DNA of 62,779 nt, the filler included, from Chiloscyllium plagiosum (Eukaryota), in assembly GCF_004010195.1 (NCBI RefSeq). It is 4 parts of one record of this genome, joined end to end, with 100 filler letters (N's around TTAATTAATTAA, not from the genome) between each part and the next. Parts side by side here need not be neighbours in the genome. Positions count along the whole stretch, not along the records: positions 23,987 to 54,168 come from NC_057713.1; positions 54,269 to 62,779 come from NC_057713.1; 2 more parts are not named here. One strand, given 5' to 3'. Shown here piece after piece: positions 46,937 through 60,679 of the stretch. Every line of letters begins with the position of its first letter. Positions within the stretch are counted from its first letter, which is position 1. A program made the position numbers and the translations under genes. The notes under the pieces are model-generated. The model had not been told where the DNA came from and searched no databases. It worked only from the letters and a program-made list of their open reading frames with translations.

Positions 46937-48165
46937 AGAGTCATAAAGATGTATAACACAGAAATGGATCATTCAGTGCAACTCGCCCATGCCGACCAGA
47001 TACCCTAAATTAATCCAGTCCCACTTGCTTGCACTTGGCCCACATTCCTCTAAACCCTTCCTATTCATACACCCATCCAGATGCCTCTTAAATGTTGTTA
47101 TAGTACCAGCCTCCACCACTTCCTCTAACAGCTCGTTCCATACACGCATCACGTAAAACTTTTGCCCCTTAGGTCCCTTTTATATCTTTCCTCTCTCACC
47201 CTAAACCTATGCCCTCCAGTTCTTGATTCCCCCACCCCAGAGATCATTCCTGATGAAGGGCTTATGCCCAAAACATCGACTCTCCTGCTCGTTAGATACT
47301 GCCTGACCAGCTGTGTTTTTCCAGCACCACACTCTCGAAACCCACAGGGAAAAGACCATGTCTACTCACCCTATCCATGCCCCTCATGATTTTATAAACC
47401 TCTATAAGGTCACCCCTCAGCCTCCAAGCTCCAGGGAAAACAGACCCATCCTATTCAGCCTCTCCCTATATCTTAAAGCTGCGACTCTGGCAACATCTTT
47501 GTAAATCTTTTCTGAACCCTTTCAAGTTTCGCAACATCCTTCTGATATGAGGAAGACCAAAATTGCATGCAATATTCCAACAGTGGCCTAACCAATGTCC
47601 TGTACAGCCACAACATGACCTCCCAACTCCTGTACTCAATGCTCTGCCCAGTAAAGAAAAGCATACCAAACGCCTTCTTCACTATCCTATCTACCTGAGA
47701 TTCCACTTTCAAGGAACAACGAACCTGTACTCCAAGATCTTTGTTCAGCAACACTCCCCAGGACCTTACTATTGAGTATATAAGTCCTGTCCTGATTTGC
47801 CTTTCCAAACTGCAGTGCCTCACATTTATCTAAATTAAACTCCATCTGTCACCCCTCAGCTCATTGGCCTATCTGATCAATATCCCATTGTGCTTTCAGG
47901 TAACCTTCTTCGCTGTCCACTACATCTTCAATTTTGGTGTCATCTGCAAACTTACTAACGACACCTCCTATGTCCACATCCAAATCATTTGAAGAAATGT
48001 TGAAAAGCAGTGGATCCAGCACTAATCCTTGTGGCACACTACTGGTCACAGGCCTCCAGTCCGAAAAGTAACCCTCCACCACCCTCTGTCTTCTACCTTC
48101 GGGCCAGTTCTGTATCCAAATGGCTAGTTCTCCCTGTATTCCATGTGATCTAATCTTGCTAACCA
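46937..48165 (-). mobile_element. CR1 LINE 3' ~1.2 kb with a nested hammerhead-type short element (~47243-47335)
   Basis: SVPQGLVLDP, SKFADDTK and LYRTLVRPLLEYCMQFW, plus 3'UTR. Confidence 0.9.
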
Positions 48166-48330
48166 GGAGAAAGTGAGGACTGCAGATGCTGGAGAGTCAG
48201 TGTTGAGAAGTGTGGCACTGGAAAAGCACAGAAGGTCAGGCTGTACCCAAGGAGCAGGGAAGTCAACGTTTCGGACATAAGCCCTCCATCATGATTCAGG
48301 GGCCTATGCCTGAAATGTAGACTTCAGGAA
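48166..48330 (-). mobile_element. Short Penelope-associated element with decayed hammerhead motifs
   Basis: Same family as 43082-43303 (actgcagatgctggag...aacgtttcggacataagccctccatca). Confidence 0.65.
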
Positions 48331-50231
48331 TGCTGAATTTGAAACCACAAACAGATCAGCCATGTTATTATTGAATAGCAAATACTGAATGGTCTACTTT
48401 TGCTCCTAATTTGCATGTTTAACTTTCACTCCCTTCAATCCTGATGTACAATGCCAATGCTATGTACCATTTATACCAAGGTATCTTCAATAAATTTTCA
48501 AAGCTGCTGGGTTAAAATCTTGAAACTCCCTTCTGAACAACATTGTGGGTTTCCGTACACCCCAAAGAATGTACCGGTTCAAGAAAGCAGCCCACCACTA
48601 GCTTCTTAAGGGCAATTAATGATGTATCGTAAGTTCTGACCTAACCAGTGATGCCCATCTCCCTTGGTCAAATAAACAAAAATTGTTCAAGTTACCAATT
48701 GGCCTGTTCCTGCTTCTGATTTGTATGTTTGCATGATCAAACTCTTTTATATTGCGAATCATTTTCTTTATATCATAGTTTGTTAATTGAAGTTCATTAC
48801 CATCTCAGCCAATATGAAAAATCAATAGTGAAAGTGTCTTAGCATTTTCTAATTATTTAAAGTTCAAATCCATTCACATGTTCCATTTTGAAATATGGAC
48901 ACAAACCAGTCAGTTTCTTTTTATATAGAACAGAAATACTTGCACTGTTTGTGAACCTGTGAAACTTACTCACGGAGTTTCAATTCAACGTGTTCATTAA
49001 AGTCATATATCATTATCTGACACAGACATCTCACAGGATAAAAACAAAATGCTATGGATGCTAGAAGTCCAAAACCAATGCAGAAAATGTGAGAGAAACT
49101 CAGCAGGTCAAGCAGCAACGATGGAGAAAGTAATAGAGTTAACATTTTCAGTCCCATGTGATTTTACTTCAGTACTTACAGGATATATTTGTGTTATTCC
49201 TGCAGTTTGGGAATTGACATTCCCCTGTAACAAGGCTTGGGGAAAAGGCCCCAAGAGATTTGTTACACAGATGAGTGTTCCCCTAATGCTGCTGTATTAT
49301 CACTGGCAATGTAAGTGAGCATATCTCTGTAAGAGCGAGAGAAATTTATATCCAAATTTAAAGAAATAGGCCTCAACACCCTTTCCTAAACACCCTCTTG
49401 CTGCCTTATTGAATTGTTAATCTAGTAGAAAACTAGCCCTAGAGCCACGAGAGATTCAAACTTGACAGTAGTTCAGGCAAGCTGTCACATTGTTTTTACT
49501 GACCAGTGAGATCAGAAGTGTTCAGCAGCAATCAGAGACCCTCTTTGTACCACACTAGTGGACAATGCGCCATTCTCTTTATTTTTTACTCTATCTTTTT
49601 TTAAAAAAGTCTCATCTGGATATGGATTGTACAGCTGTGTCACATTTCCAACATGTGCCTGGAGTATGTTTATGTATTCACAGTTGCTTCATAAACTGAG
49701 TGAGGCTATATAAATATTTGCAACAGTGAATAATTGTTGAATTAATGGGTGATATGATATTAACAGTACCCTCCAAATATTCAGAATCTTTCCTCGTTGG
49801 TATTTTATTTTTCTTAGTGACAATGAATCTTTCTCTTCACGCCCTTGTGACTATCAATGGGATAGTCACAATTTCAGAATTTCAGAAACCTTTAGGGCTT
49901 CAGTCAGCAGCTTTGATACTGCATCGCCTTCTGCCACTTGAACTATAATTTGAGCTCCATCTGTCTATTTGTCGATCTTTCTATTTCTGATCTCTTTCTG
50001 ACAAATACAGGAAAATTCAGGGTTGTGACCAAGCAGCCTACAAATAATAACAAGACTTGGTCTCTGTGTTGCTTTTAGCTACGATGGCGTCGTAATAGTG
50101 GATCAAGAAGTCTTCCATATAACTTTCTGCACTCGCTCAATTTTGAATGCAACCCAGCAGTGGCTTAAGAGAGATAAAGTTAAACAGACAAAAGGTTGAT
50201 AGCAAGCCAGGGAAGGAGAAAAGCTGGTAAT

Positions 50232-50518
50232 GGGATGGCACGCTGGCTCAGTGGTTAGCACTGTTGCCTCACAGCACCAGGGACCTGGGTTCAATCCCGC
50301 CTTGGGCAACTGTCTGTGTGGAGTTTGCAAATTCTCCGGTTTCCTCCCACAGTCCAAAGATGTGCAGGTTAGGTGAATTGGCCATGATAAATTGCCTGTA
50401 GTGTTAGGTGCATTAGTCAGAGGAGAATGGGTCTGGGTGGGTTGCTCTTCGGAGGGTCGGTGTGGACTTGTTGGGCCAAAGGGCCTGTTTCCACACTGTA
50501 GGGAATCTAATCAAATCA
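50232..50518 (+). mobile_element. HE1-type SINE
   Basis: A box tggctcagtgg, B box gggttcaatcc, HE1 tail. Confidence 0.88.
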
Positions 50519-50519
50519 G

Positions 50520-51440
50520 TCAGTAAAAATGGGTTGGCTGTGCTGAAAGCAGCCCATGGTATGACAGGGTTTGGGGTGTATGAGTGAGTAAACGACATGG
50601 AAGGAGGTGTTCAGATCATTGAACTCAATATTGAATCCTGAAAGCTATAGGTAAATTGGAAATGAGATGCTGTTCTTCCAACTTGCACTGAGCCTAATTG
50701 GAGCACTGCAAGATGGACCGGAAATGGCGGTGTGGGAACATGGTGGTGTGTTAAGGTGGCAGACAACTTGAAGCTCAGGATTGTTTTTACAGACAGAAAT
50801 GAGGTGAACCTCAAATTGCCCACTCAGGCTGCATTTCATCTCCACATTGTGAATAGCAAATACTGCAGATAAGATTGAGCGAAAAGCAGGTAGATCTCTG
50901 CTTCACCCGGAACTACGCCTGGGGCCACAGATAGTGAGGCGGAAGGAGGTAAACTGACAAGTGTTACACCTTCCATGATTACATGGGAAGATGCCAGGGA
51001 GGCTTTGGGAGTGGAGAAGGAGTGGACCAGGGTATCCCAGAGGAATGTTCCTTGTGAAGTGCTGACAGGGAAGATAGGGGACTATACATCCTGTCATGAC
51101 ATTTTGCTGGAAGTGGTGGAAATGATAGCTTATGCTGCTTTGGATTTGGGTCGGGGTCCCTGTCATTATTGGGAGGGAAGAGAAGGGATGAGGTTAGATT
51201 TTCAGAAAATGGATAGGAAACAGCTAAAGGCCTTGTCAACCACTGTGGCAGGATATTTTCAGTAGAGGAATTAGGTGAAGATTTCTGAGGTCTGTCTGTA
51301 GAAGGGGGCATCAGCACAACAGATGTGATGGAGACTGAGAAATTGGGAGAATTGAATGGAATGTTTATCGGAAATGGGATGTAAGGGTGTATGGTTCAGG
51401 TAACTGTGGGAGTCAGTGTACTAGATATCGGTGGCCAATT
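50520..51440 (-). mobile_element. Degenerate Penelope-like RT/GIY-YIG fragment
   Basis: GIFPCNHGRCNTCQF and HLISVCKNNPELQVVCHLNTPPCSH. Confidence 0.7.
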
Positions 51441-51584
51441 AATTATTAATGAAAGTTGCAATCTCTGCAAAAATTAACCAATTTAGATTAACTACTTTGA
51501 GGCAAGGATGACCATTCAACCTCTAATAACAAACCAATAAACCTGCATGATGAGTATAGTAAAATCATATTCAATTATTGCGTC

Positions 51585-54030
51585 TTAGAACATAGAACAG
51601 TATAGCATGGTACAGGCCCTTCAGCCTCGATATTGTGCTGAGCATTTATCTTAATCAAAGATCAATCTAACCTACCCACCCCTCAATTTACTGCCCTCCA
51701 TGTGCTTGTCCAGCAGTTGCTTAAATGTTCCTAACGTCTTTGAATCTACTACCGCCGCTGACGGTGCATTCCATGCATCCATCACTTTGCTCAATCAACC
51801 CTTGACATCTCCCCTGTACCTTCCTCCAATCACCTTAAACTTATGACCCTATGTGACAGCCATCTCTGCCATGAGGGAAGAGTCTCTGGCTATCTATTCT
51901 ATCTATACTCTCATTATCTTGTACACCTCTATCAAGTCACCTCTCTTCCTTCTTCTCTCTAGTGTGAAAAGCCCTAGCTCACTCAACCTCTCTTCATAAG
52001 ACAAGCCCTCCAATCCAGACAGCATCCTGGTAAATCTTCTCTGCCCCCTTTCAAAAGCATCTGCATCCTTCCTATAATGAGGCGACCAGAACTGGACACA
52101 ATATTCCAAGTGTGGTTTAACCAGTGTATAGAACTGCAGCAAAACCTTGTGGTTCTTAAACACAATCTCCCATTAATGAAAGCCAAAACACAATATGCCT
52201 TCTTAACAGCTCTATCAAGTTGGGTGGCAACTTTGAGGGATTTATGTAGGTGGACGCCATGATCCTGCTGTTCCTCCACACTGCCAAGAATCGTGTCTTT
52301 AACCCTGTATTCAGCATCAATTTCAACTTTCCAAAATGAATTGCTTTGCATTTATTCAGGTTTAACTTCATCTGCCACTTCTCAGCCCAGCTCTGCATCC
52401 TGTCAATGTCTTGTTGTGGCATGCAACAGCCCTCAACACTATATACAGCCCCACTGACCTTTGTGTCATCGGCAAATTTACTAACCCATCCTTTCACTTC
52501 TGCATCCAAGTCATTTATAAAAATTACAAAAAGCAGATGCCCAAGAACAGATCCCTGCAGAACACCACAGGTCATCGACCTCCAGGCAGAGTACTTTCTA
52601 TCCAATACCATTGGCTGTCTTTTTTCAGCCATTTCTGTCCTGGGGAAAAGTCTCTAGCCATTTCTGTCCTGGGGAAAAGTCTCTGGCTATTTACTCTATC
52701 TATGCCTCTCATTACCTTGTCCACCTCTATCAAGTTACCTCCCTTCCTTCTTCTCTCCAGTGTGAAAAGCCCTAGCTCACTCAACCTTTCTTCATAAGAA
52801 AGCCCTCCAATCCAGGCAGCACCCTGGTAAATGTCCTCTGCCCCCTTTCGAAAGCATCTGAATCCTTCCTATAATGAGGCGACCAGAACTGGACACAATA
52901 TTCCAAGTATGGTGTAACCAGGGTTTTATAGAGCTGCAGCAAAATTTCCCTGTATCCCATATCTCCTGACTTTCTGAATAAGCCTACTATGGGGAAACTT
53001 GACAAAGGCCTTACTGAAATCCATATACACCACATCCACTGATCGATCTTCATCAACTTGTCTCGTCACATCGTCAAAGAGCTCAATAAAGCTTGTGAGG
53101 AATGATCTACTCCTCACAAAGCCATACTGACAACCTTTCATCCAACTATGTTTTTCCAAATAGTCATAAATAATATCTCTCAGAATCCTTTCCAACACCT
53201 TGCTTACCGCAGACGTAAGACTGACTGGTCTGTAATTCCCAGGGATTACCCTGTTCCCTTTCTTGAACAGAGGAACAGTATTTGCCTCTCTCCAATCATC
53301 CGGTACTCCTCCCATGGAGAGTGAGGATGCAAAGGCACAGCAATCTCATTTCGTTTTTCCCACGGTAACCTTGGATATATCTGATCTGGCCCTGGGGACT
53401 TATCTATCTTGATGCTTCCCAGAATTTCCAGCACATCCACTTTCTTAATGTCAATTTGTTCAAGCCTATTAACCTGGACCATAGTGTTCTCACCTTCAAC
53501 AAGGTCCCTCTCTCTAGTGAATACTGAAGCCTTCCCTACTTCTTCAGACTCCAGACACAAGTTCCCTCCACCATCCCTGATCGGCCCTACCCTTTCTCTG
53601 ATCATTCTCTTATTCCTCACCTAAGTGTAGAACGCCTTTGGGTTTTTCCTAATCTTTCCCACCAAGGCTTTTTTGTGCCCCATCCTAGCTCTCCTCAGTT
53701 CAATTTTGAGTTCTTTCCTAGCTACCCTGTAATCCTCTAAAGCTGTGCCACATCCTTGCTTCCTCAACCTTAAGTAAGCTTCCTTCTTCCTTTTGACGAG
53801 AAGCTCCTCTTCTCTTATCATCCAAGGCTCCTACACCTTACCATTCCTTGCCTGTCTCAGTGGGACAAAGTTATCCAACACTCACAACAAGTGCTCGTTA
53901 AACAGCCTCGACATTTCTGTTGTGTATTTCCCGTAGAATAATTGTTCCCAATTTATACAGCCCAGCTCCTGTCTAATAGTAGGATAATTTCTCCTCCCCC
54001 CAATTAAATACCCTCCCATACTATCTGTTC
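51585..54030 (-). mobile_element. CR1 LINE ORF2 (RT) plus 3'UTR, with an internal duplication of the 3' region
   Basis: GNYRPVSLTS, YMDFSKAF, QGSVLG, KFADDTK and LEYCVQFWSP. 52656-52945 repeats ~51860-52150. Confidence 0.9.
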
Positions 54031-54268
54031 TTATTCTGAATTAGTGGTACTGGAAAACACAGCAGTTCAGGCAGCATCTGAGAAGCAGTAAAATCGACGT
54101 TCGGGCAAAAGCCCTTCATCAGGAATACAGGCAGAGAGCCTGAAGGGTGGAGAGATAAATGAGAGGAGNNNNNNNNNNNNNNNNNNNNNNNNNNNNNNNN
54201 NNNNNNNNNNNNTTAATTAATTAANNNNNNNNNNNNNNNNNNNNNNNNNNNNNNNNNNNNNNNNNNNN

Positions 54269-54440
54269 CTGCGTAACGGGGACAGGCTCCGTGCCAGAGA
54301 CCTGAGCCCCGTTACTTACCCCTGGTAAGTCATCCCCCCCACAAGTATCCAAAACGGTATACTTGTTCTTGAGGGGAACGGCCGCAGGGGGTCCCTGCAC
54401 TAGCTGCTTCCTCCCAGTCCCCCTCACTGTCACCCATTTG
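54269..54440 (-). mobile_element. CR1 ORF1 fragment next to a gap
   Basis: VPLKNKYTVLDT motif, homologous to ORF1 at 26600-26680. Confidence 0.7.
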
Positions 54441-55298
54441 CCAGATAGGGTGAAATAAAGTAAAAGGGCATAAAGCTAGCCTATTCTGGTAATCACTGCA
54501 ATTATGTTCTTGATCCAATTGAGTTCCTGATCAAATTGATGATCCACTCAACCTCCCCAGTGAAGGTTGAGTACTTGGTGATAACAGTGTTCATGTTATC
54601 ATGTCAGATGGTTTGGCTCTCATTCTGATCAGTAATTTTGCTATTTCTGATTGGCTCTATTGCAAGTAATCATGTTCATTCACTGTGTGCCACCCTTCTC
54701 AATAACTGTCCTGAAGAAAGAATTCTCTTGTAATGTTTGTTTTATTCATTCTTTGGAAGTAGAAGTGCTAGTTTGCCAGTTGGACAAGAACCCAACAGTA
54801 TATTATTAACTTTCTTTAAGCTAATTATTGGTCATAAGGGTGACACTATTTTGTTTTATGGAATATGTTGTTGTAGAAAAACATACCAGAACACAAAAAT
54901 TACAAATTTTACATGCAGCGGAATAGGTATCACTATAAAGTGAACAAAAGCTTTGTTAAAGGGTTAGCTCTTAAGCAGTATCTTAAGACAGAAGACAAAT
55001 TATGGAAAAGAATTCTAAAGACTGTGTCTGAGTCGCTGCACACATAGCCATTATAATGTAAACAGGAATTCTGAGGCTGAAATGGTTGAGGTTGGATTAT
55101 AAATTGCCTTGAAGTTTACAGAAAAAGGGAGAAACAAAGATTTAAACGATTACCAGGTAAACTGGTTACTTCATACACAGGTAGGCAGTTTTTCTGCTAA
55201 ACTCAGGTAATAGGTTGTACCAGCATAACCAGTTGCCTGCCTTGGGTGAATTAATAAAATTCATTGTTTCAATCTGTTGAACAAATACCATAGAAAGC

Positions 55299-55370
55299 TT
55301 ATTGTTAGCAGAAAGATTAGTATTCCCACCGACCATAAAAAAGACCAGGGTTCAATTCCCTGAGGGTAAG
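55299..55370 (+). pseudogene. Decayed tRNA-Asp-like copy (pseudogene or tRNA-derived SINE head)
   Basis: Ungapped 72-nt hand alignment to recalled vertebrate tRNA-Asp(GTC), about 46/72. The T-arm AGACCaGGGTTCaATTCCCtGA is conserved; the anticodon arm is destroyed. Confidence 0.5.
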
Positions 55371-56569
55371 AGGCTGATCTCTGTGATTAGCTGTGGATGA
55401 AGAAGGGTGTGTTTCGAGAAGATTGTGTTTCAAATCCTACCCCAGGCGATGGCATAACACAAACAGCTTGAACAAATACCATCCCAGGTGGTTGATTTTA
55501 ATGTATGAATGAACTTTTATTTACCTGGATGGCAGTGATTTGCAATGAGATAGCAGAGTTCTCTAACTTCACAGCCACAGCACATAATTCTACCTACTAC
55601 AGCACCTTTCCAAATGTTCATTTTATTCAGAAAAATATTTTGAAATTGATTCATCTCAAGTCCTCAACATCCCCAAGTTATTATTTGCTTGTAATCACTA
55701 ATGAGCAAAATTTTATTTAATTTCATCCTTTGAATAACCAAGGGCACCCAAAATATCTTGCCCTCCTTTCACTTTTTTACCCACCAAAAAAAGTCATCTT
55801 TGCCAGTCCCAGGAATTATATATGCCTGGCTGGGCAAGCAATTTACTTTCTATCCCTAATTGCCCTTAAGACTGTGGCAGTGAGCCTGCCTTTCTGAACT
55901 GCTACAGTCCTTGGGGTATAACTGTACTGTCAGTGCAATTATGGAAGGAGTTGTTAAAAAACCGTTTGGAACCCTTGACAGGTCCAGAACAGGAAATTTG
56001 AAAAAGCAATGTGACCACTGGTGCCCATTGCTAGAAGAATCAAATGTTGGTTAGGTCAGATTTGGTGTATTCTTTACGGTCATGATCTTCATATTGCAAA
56101 AGAAGAGATGCAGGGAGATGTGGGGAGGGATTATCAAAGAAAACAGAGATTTTAAGTATCAAGTAACAATGTAGAGGTTGGGGATATTTTTCTCCACCAA
56201 ATGGTAGGTTAAGTGGTGCCCTTCTGGAGAATTCCAAAATTATGAAAAGGCCTGTTAGCATAGAGAGGTTTAAAAGATGTTTCCAATTATGAGGAGGCCA
56301 AAACAGGGACCATTTCAAATCACTGAAGTGATTAACACAGAAAACCAGATAGATGCATGAGAGAGAAAGGAATACAAGGATTTGCAGATAAAGTTAAGTG
56401 TAATAGCATTGGGTTGGTGAAATCTTTCATTTGGTATGAGAAGAGTCACCAAAGGATTGTAAAGTGGCAAATGTGACATCCTTGCTTAAGAGCTTTCCAA
56501 ATAACTGCACAAGTAAAACTTTCTTTTGAAGTGTTTGGACTCGAAACATGAACTTTCTTTTTTAGCCCA

Positions 56570-56970
56570 GATGGCAGTCAGTGGCAAAGCTACTGGCAAA
56601 CCCAGATGACAGTTGGTGGTGAGGGACTCAGCACAGCACAGGGAAGAGCATACCCTCAAGGGGAGCGTGGGCCCAGTACAAGGGAAAGGAAACCCTCATG
56701 GGCAAAGCCCAGCACGGAGCGACTACAGGCCCATGGTCACAGAAGGACAATAATGTTGAACTTATAAATGTATTTCTTTATTTTCCTACTTTATATTAAG
56801 AACAGTAAAATTGACTTTTTAACTTATTTCTTTATTTTTCTATTTTATACCTAAAATTTCGTACCTAGGTACCTTTGAACCAAAAATGGCACTAGGAATG
56901 GGAACTTTGCACACTTTTCACTGTAGTCCTGTACTAGAGTATATCCGATAATAAAGCGAATTCTAATTCT
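56570..56970 (+). mobile_element. Unclassified dispersed element (same family as 10571-11050) inserted into an older short repeat
   Basis: Ends ataataaagcg(aattct)2. The flanks gactcgaaacatgaact... and ...ttctctacagat join into one repeat of the type seen at 41360-41465. Confidence 0.55.
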
Positions 56971-59649
56971 TTCTCTACAGATTTTGCCAGATCTGTTGAG
57001 TTCCCTCAGCATTTTGTTTTTTATTTTAGATTTCTAGCATCTGCAGTATTTTAATTTAGTTTAACAGTCAGTTGTGAACAAGTTTTAGAAACAATAATTA
57101 TTGGAAAAAACACATAAAAAAGGATTCAGTTAATAAAGGAGCGCCAGCACCTTTGACTATCTTGACTGAAGTGCAGAAAATGAAAAGTCAAAATAAATGG
57201 TTATTTCTCAGATGAGATAATATTACGTAGCACAGGAATAGCCCATTCAGCTTGATGAGCCTGTTCTGCCATTCAGTAAGATCATAGTTAAACTGCGGCC
57301 CAACTCTATACATCTCCTTCCATACTTTTGTTTAACAAAATACTTATCTATCTCAGATTTAAAATTAACTGATGAGCATCCACTGTCATTTATGGAAGAG
57401 CACTGCAAATCTCTACCACTCTTTGTAGAAAGAGGTACTTCATAACATCTCTCCTGAAATGTCCAGCTTTAATTTCAGACTATGGTTAGAATCTTCAACT
57501 AGTAGAAAAAGTGTATCTTTAACTACCCTGTCTTTTACAGCTATTATCTTAAAGACTTCAATCAGATTATCCCTTAACCTTCTCAACCCCAGGGAAAACA
57601 GGCCTAGTTTTTATAATTACTCCTCATAACTGAACCCTCAAGTCCAGGTATCATTCTTGTAAGCCTATGTTTACAACCTCCAAGGCCAATGTGTCTTTCT
57701 AAGATGTGGTACCGAGATATCCTTACAGCAGATGTTTTAATCAAAGTTTGATTCTAGAATAGAATAAAATTGCATGATTTACCATGAATACCAAACTTGG
57801 AATTTTTTTGTACTGTGTCTCAATTTCACAGAATGTCAGATCCTTAGATTACTTTTGTGAAATCTAGTAACATGTCAATCTTCAAAACTTTGGTTGTGGT
57901 GGTTGAAGCTATAAGTACCAACAAAGTGCATGTAGAGAACAGGAGCTACTACACAGGTTGAAAATGCAGACACAATCAATATTAGCAGCTTCAGTAAAAT
58001 CAATACAACAGTGAGTATCAGCAGAAAGCAAAGTTCTACAGCTAATTTTAGCATTCTCCATACTTAGTATACTTTTTAAAACAATTGAAAATGGTACTTG
58101 AATGATTAAAATGGTTTCTGAATAATTTTTAGAATGTTATTACTGCTGACTAGCGGAAACAGTACCTCCTGTATGTCAAACTAATTGTATCAAACAGAAC
58201 AGGCAAAATCTTACATGGTCTAAAAGACATGGCAAAATATGTGGTTGAATCAGACGATGAAACAAAAGAAGAAATTACTGGAGAAACCTGGCCAGTCCAG
58301 CAGCATTTATGGAGAAAAAGCACAATCAATGTTTTGGGACCTACCTGTGCCGTGAAAAGTGCCAGCAGTAGGTTGTCAATCATAGGGGATGATTGTTTGT
58401 TAAAAACCTTATTGATGGTCCAATCCACATCATTAACCTTCAGAAATCTAACTTAAATATGCCAAACAAACTAGATATTGAGAATCTGGGGACTTTAGCT
58501 CACCGTTTAGTCTGAAGAATCTATGTTGGAACCGTGCATCAACATTTCTGATAAATTTACAGTACATTTCTGCGCCAGCAACTATCGTTGTATCCAGCTC
58601 AAGGACTCGACTCTGCATCTCTGAGCTCTTCACTCGCTTTCACAAAACTTTGAACCTACCTGGATGGTCACAACATCCATGCCTTGCCTTTTTGAACTTT
58701 ACCCCCTCAACCCGAGATATCAGAAGTACTTCTGTCTTGCCTTGCTGTTTAGTGTAGATAAAACACAAGATAGCTTGCCATGTTGCCTGCAGCCTTAGTC
58801 AAGGGGAATAGACTTCAGTTAGCAACATGCCAGCACACTAAGACAAAAACAGCCTTTGATAACAGTCTAAAGGGCTTGGACGTAGTCAGTCAGCCACTTG
58901 CGTTGGTCAGAGTCAGGACGCTCTCCGCTTAAGGGGTGAACAGCTGTGTGTTGGGTAGTCTATCACTGTCTTAACACTTTCTACCCTATTGTGGGCTGTT
59001 TTCCTCCTGGAATGAGATAGAGGTGGATATAAGTGATAAAGATCAGTGGCACAGCTGTTACTTTTGGTGCAGATGGGAAGAGCAGATGGCCCAAGTGAGT
59101 GAGTTGACAGTGAAGAGGCCACACAGGGGTTGGGATGGGTGAAAGCAAATGAAGGAAAATCTTGCGGCCAATAGCGAGTGTAGTAGGGCATCAGTCTTGG
59201 TGGGAAGTGGGTATAGTTGTTGAGACAGAGAGAGTATGATGTATCAGAGTGAAGTTGGTGACACTTACACTCCAGAGTGGTAAAGGTCCCTACTGACAAC
59301 GAAGGACACTGATTTTCACTTGGTTTCCATGTCCCAGGCAAATGTCAGGAATTGTGCAATGCAGCTCCAGACTGATAGTGCTTGTCAGGGTGCAACATTG
59401 GCTTTTAAAGATGGTGTGGATGCAATGGGGTGTCAGTGATTTCAAGGATATTCACTGAGTGGCGAATTGCTCTGGGAACAGCCTGTGGGAGGGTGGGGCC
59501 ACAATTAAATATGAAGGACACTATGGAACAGAGTAAATAGTTGATGTGGCGCATTTGGTAGGAAGCAACTAAGATTCAAGATGTCAAATTCTCCAAACAA
59601 CATGACACACCTAAAATTTAACCGAAAGTATAAGATTCAGCTCAAAGGG

Positions 59650-59966
59650 TTTCACAGCACCAGAGACCCAGGTTCGATTCCAGCCTCGGGTGACTGTCTG
59701 TGTGGAGTTTGCATATTCTTCCAGTGTCTGCATGGGTTTCCTCCAGGTGTTCCGGTTTCCTCCCAGAAACCAAAGATGTGCAAGTTAGGTGAATTGGCCT
59801 CACTAAATTGCTATAGTGTTTAGGGATGTTTATGTGAGGTGCATTAGTCAGGAAATGTAAAGTAAAAAGTTAGGGGAATGGGTCTTGGTGGGATACTCGT
59901 CAGAGGGTCAGTGTGGACTTGTTGGGCCTAATGGCCTGTTTCCACACTGTAGGGATTCTATGATTC
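59650..59966 (+). mobile_element. HE1-type SINE (5'-clipped)
   Basis: B box ggttcgattcc, HE1 body and tail. Confidence 0.85.
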
Positions 59967-60679
59967 AAACACTCAATTAGGAGATCGTAAAGCATGAGCA
60001 ATTATCTTTTATTTTTGAATTATGGCCAGGCTTCTGAATGACAGATGCATATATTTAAGCAAGAGACAGGCATTTCACAGATCTGAATTTACTATTAACA
60101 CATATATTCAAATAAACATTAAAGATGAAAGTGCAGTAGCGCTCAACATAAAATGCTGCTGTGCATTCTCAAAGCTGAACATGCGCTAATTTACTCTGAG
60201 AGCTATAATTTATAATCCTGGAGCGTTTATCTATTCAGCAGCCAAATGACAGATACTATAATAGATAGTAGTTCACAGAAATTTAAAATGAAATAACAGT
60301 TTTTGAAACAATTAGATTTAAACAAAAGAATTAGAGTCTACTTCATACTGGAAATTTTAACTGCTCATGAACATTTGGCAAAACTCCAGTGTTTCAATCA
60401 ATTTATAACTACTGGGTTAAATCTGTTGAAATTCTAGACAACCCTTAAAATAAGCACAAGGATCACACTGTGCAATTAGTTGTACAGTTGTAGGTAGCAT
60501 AAAAATTACTTGTCACCTGCCCATTTAAATTATCAGAGTGCACACAGTCAGCACAACGCACCATGCTGAGCAGCTGCACATTTGGATGCAAAATTGAGAG
60601 GCTGCATGAGTTCTAGCTGATCTGCACCTCTGAAAGGGACATGCATTTTGGTTGCTTCAGGTCTTAGGACTCATCTAAA

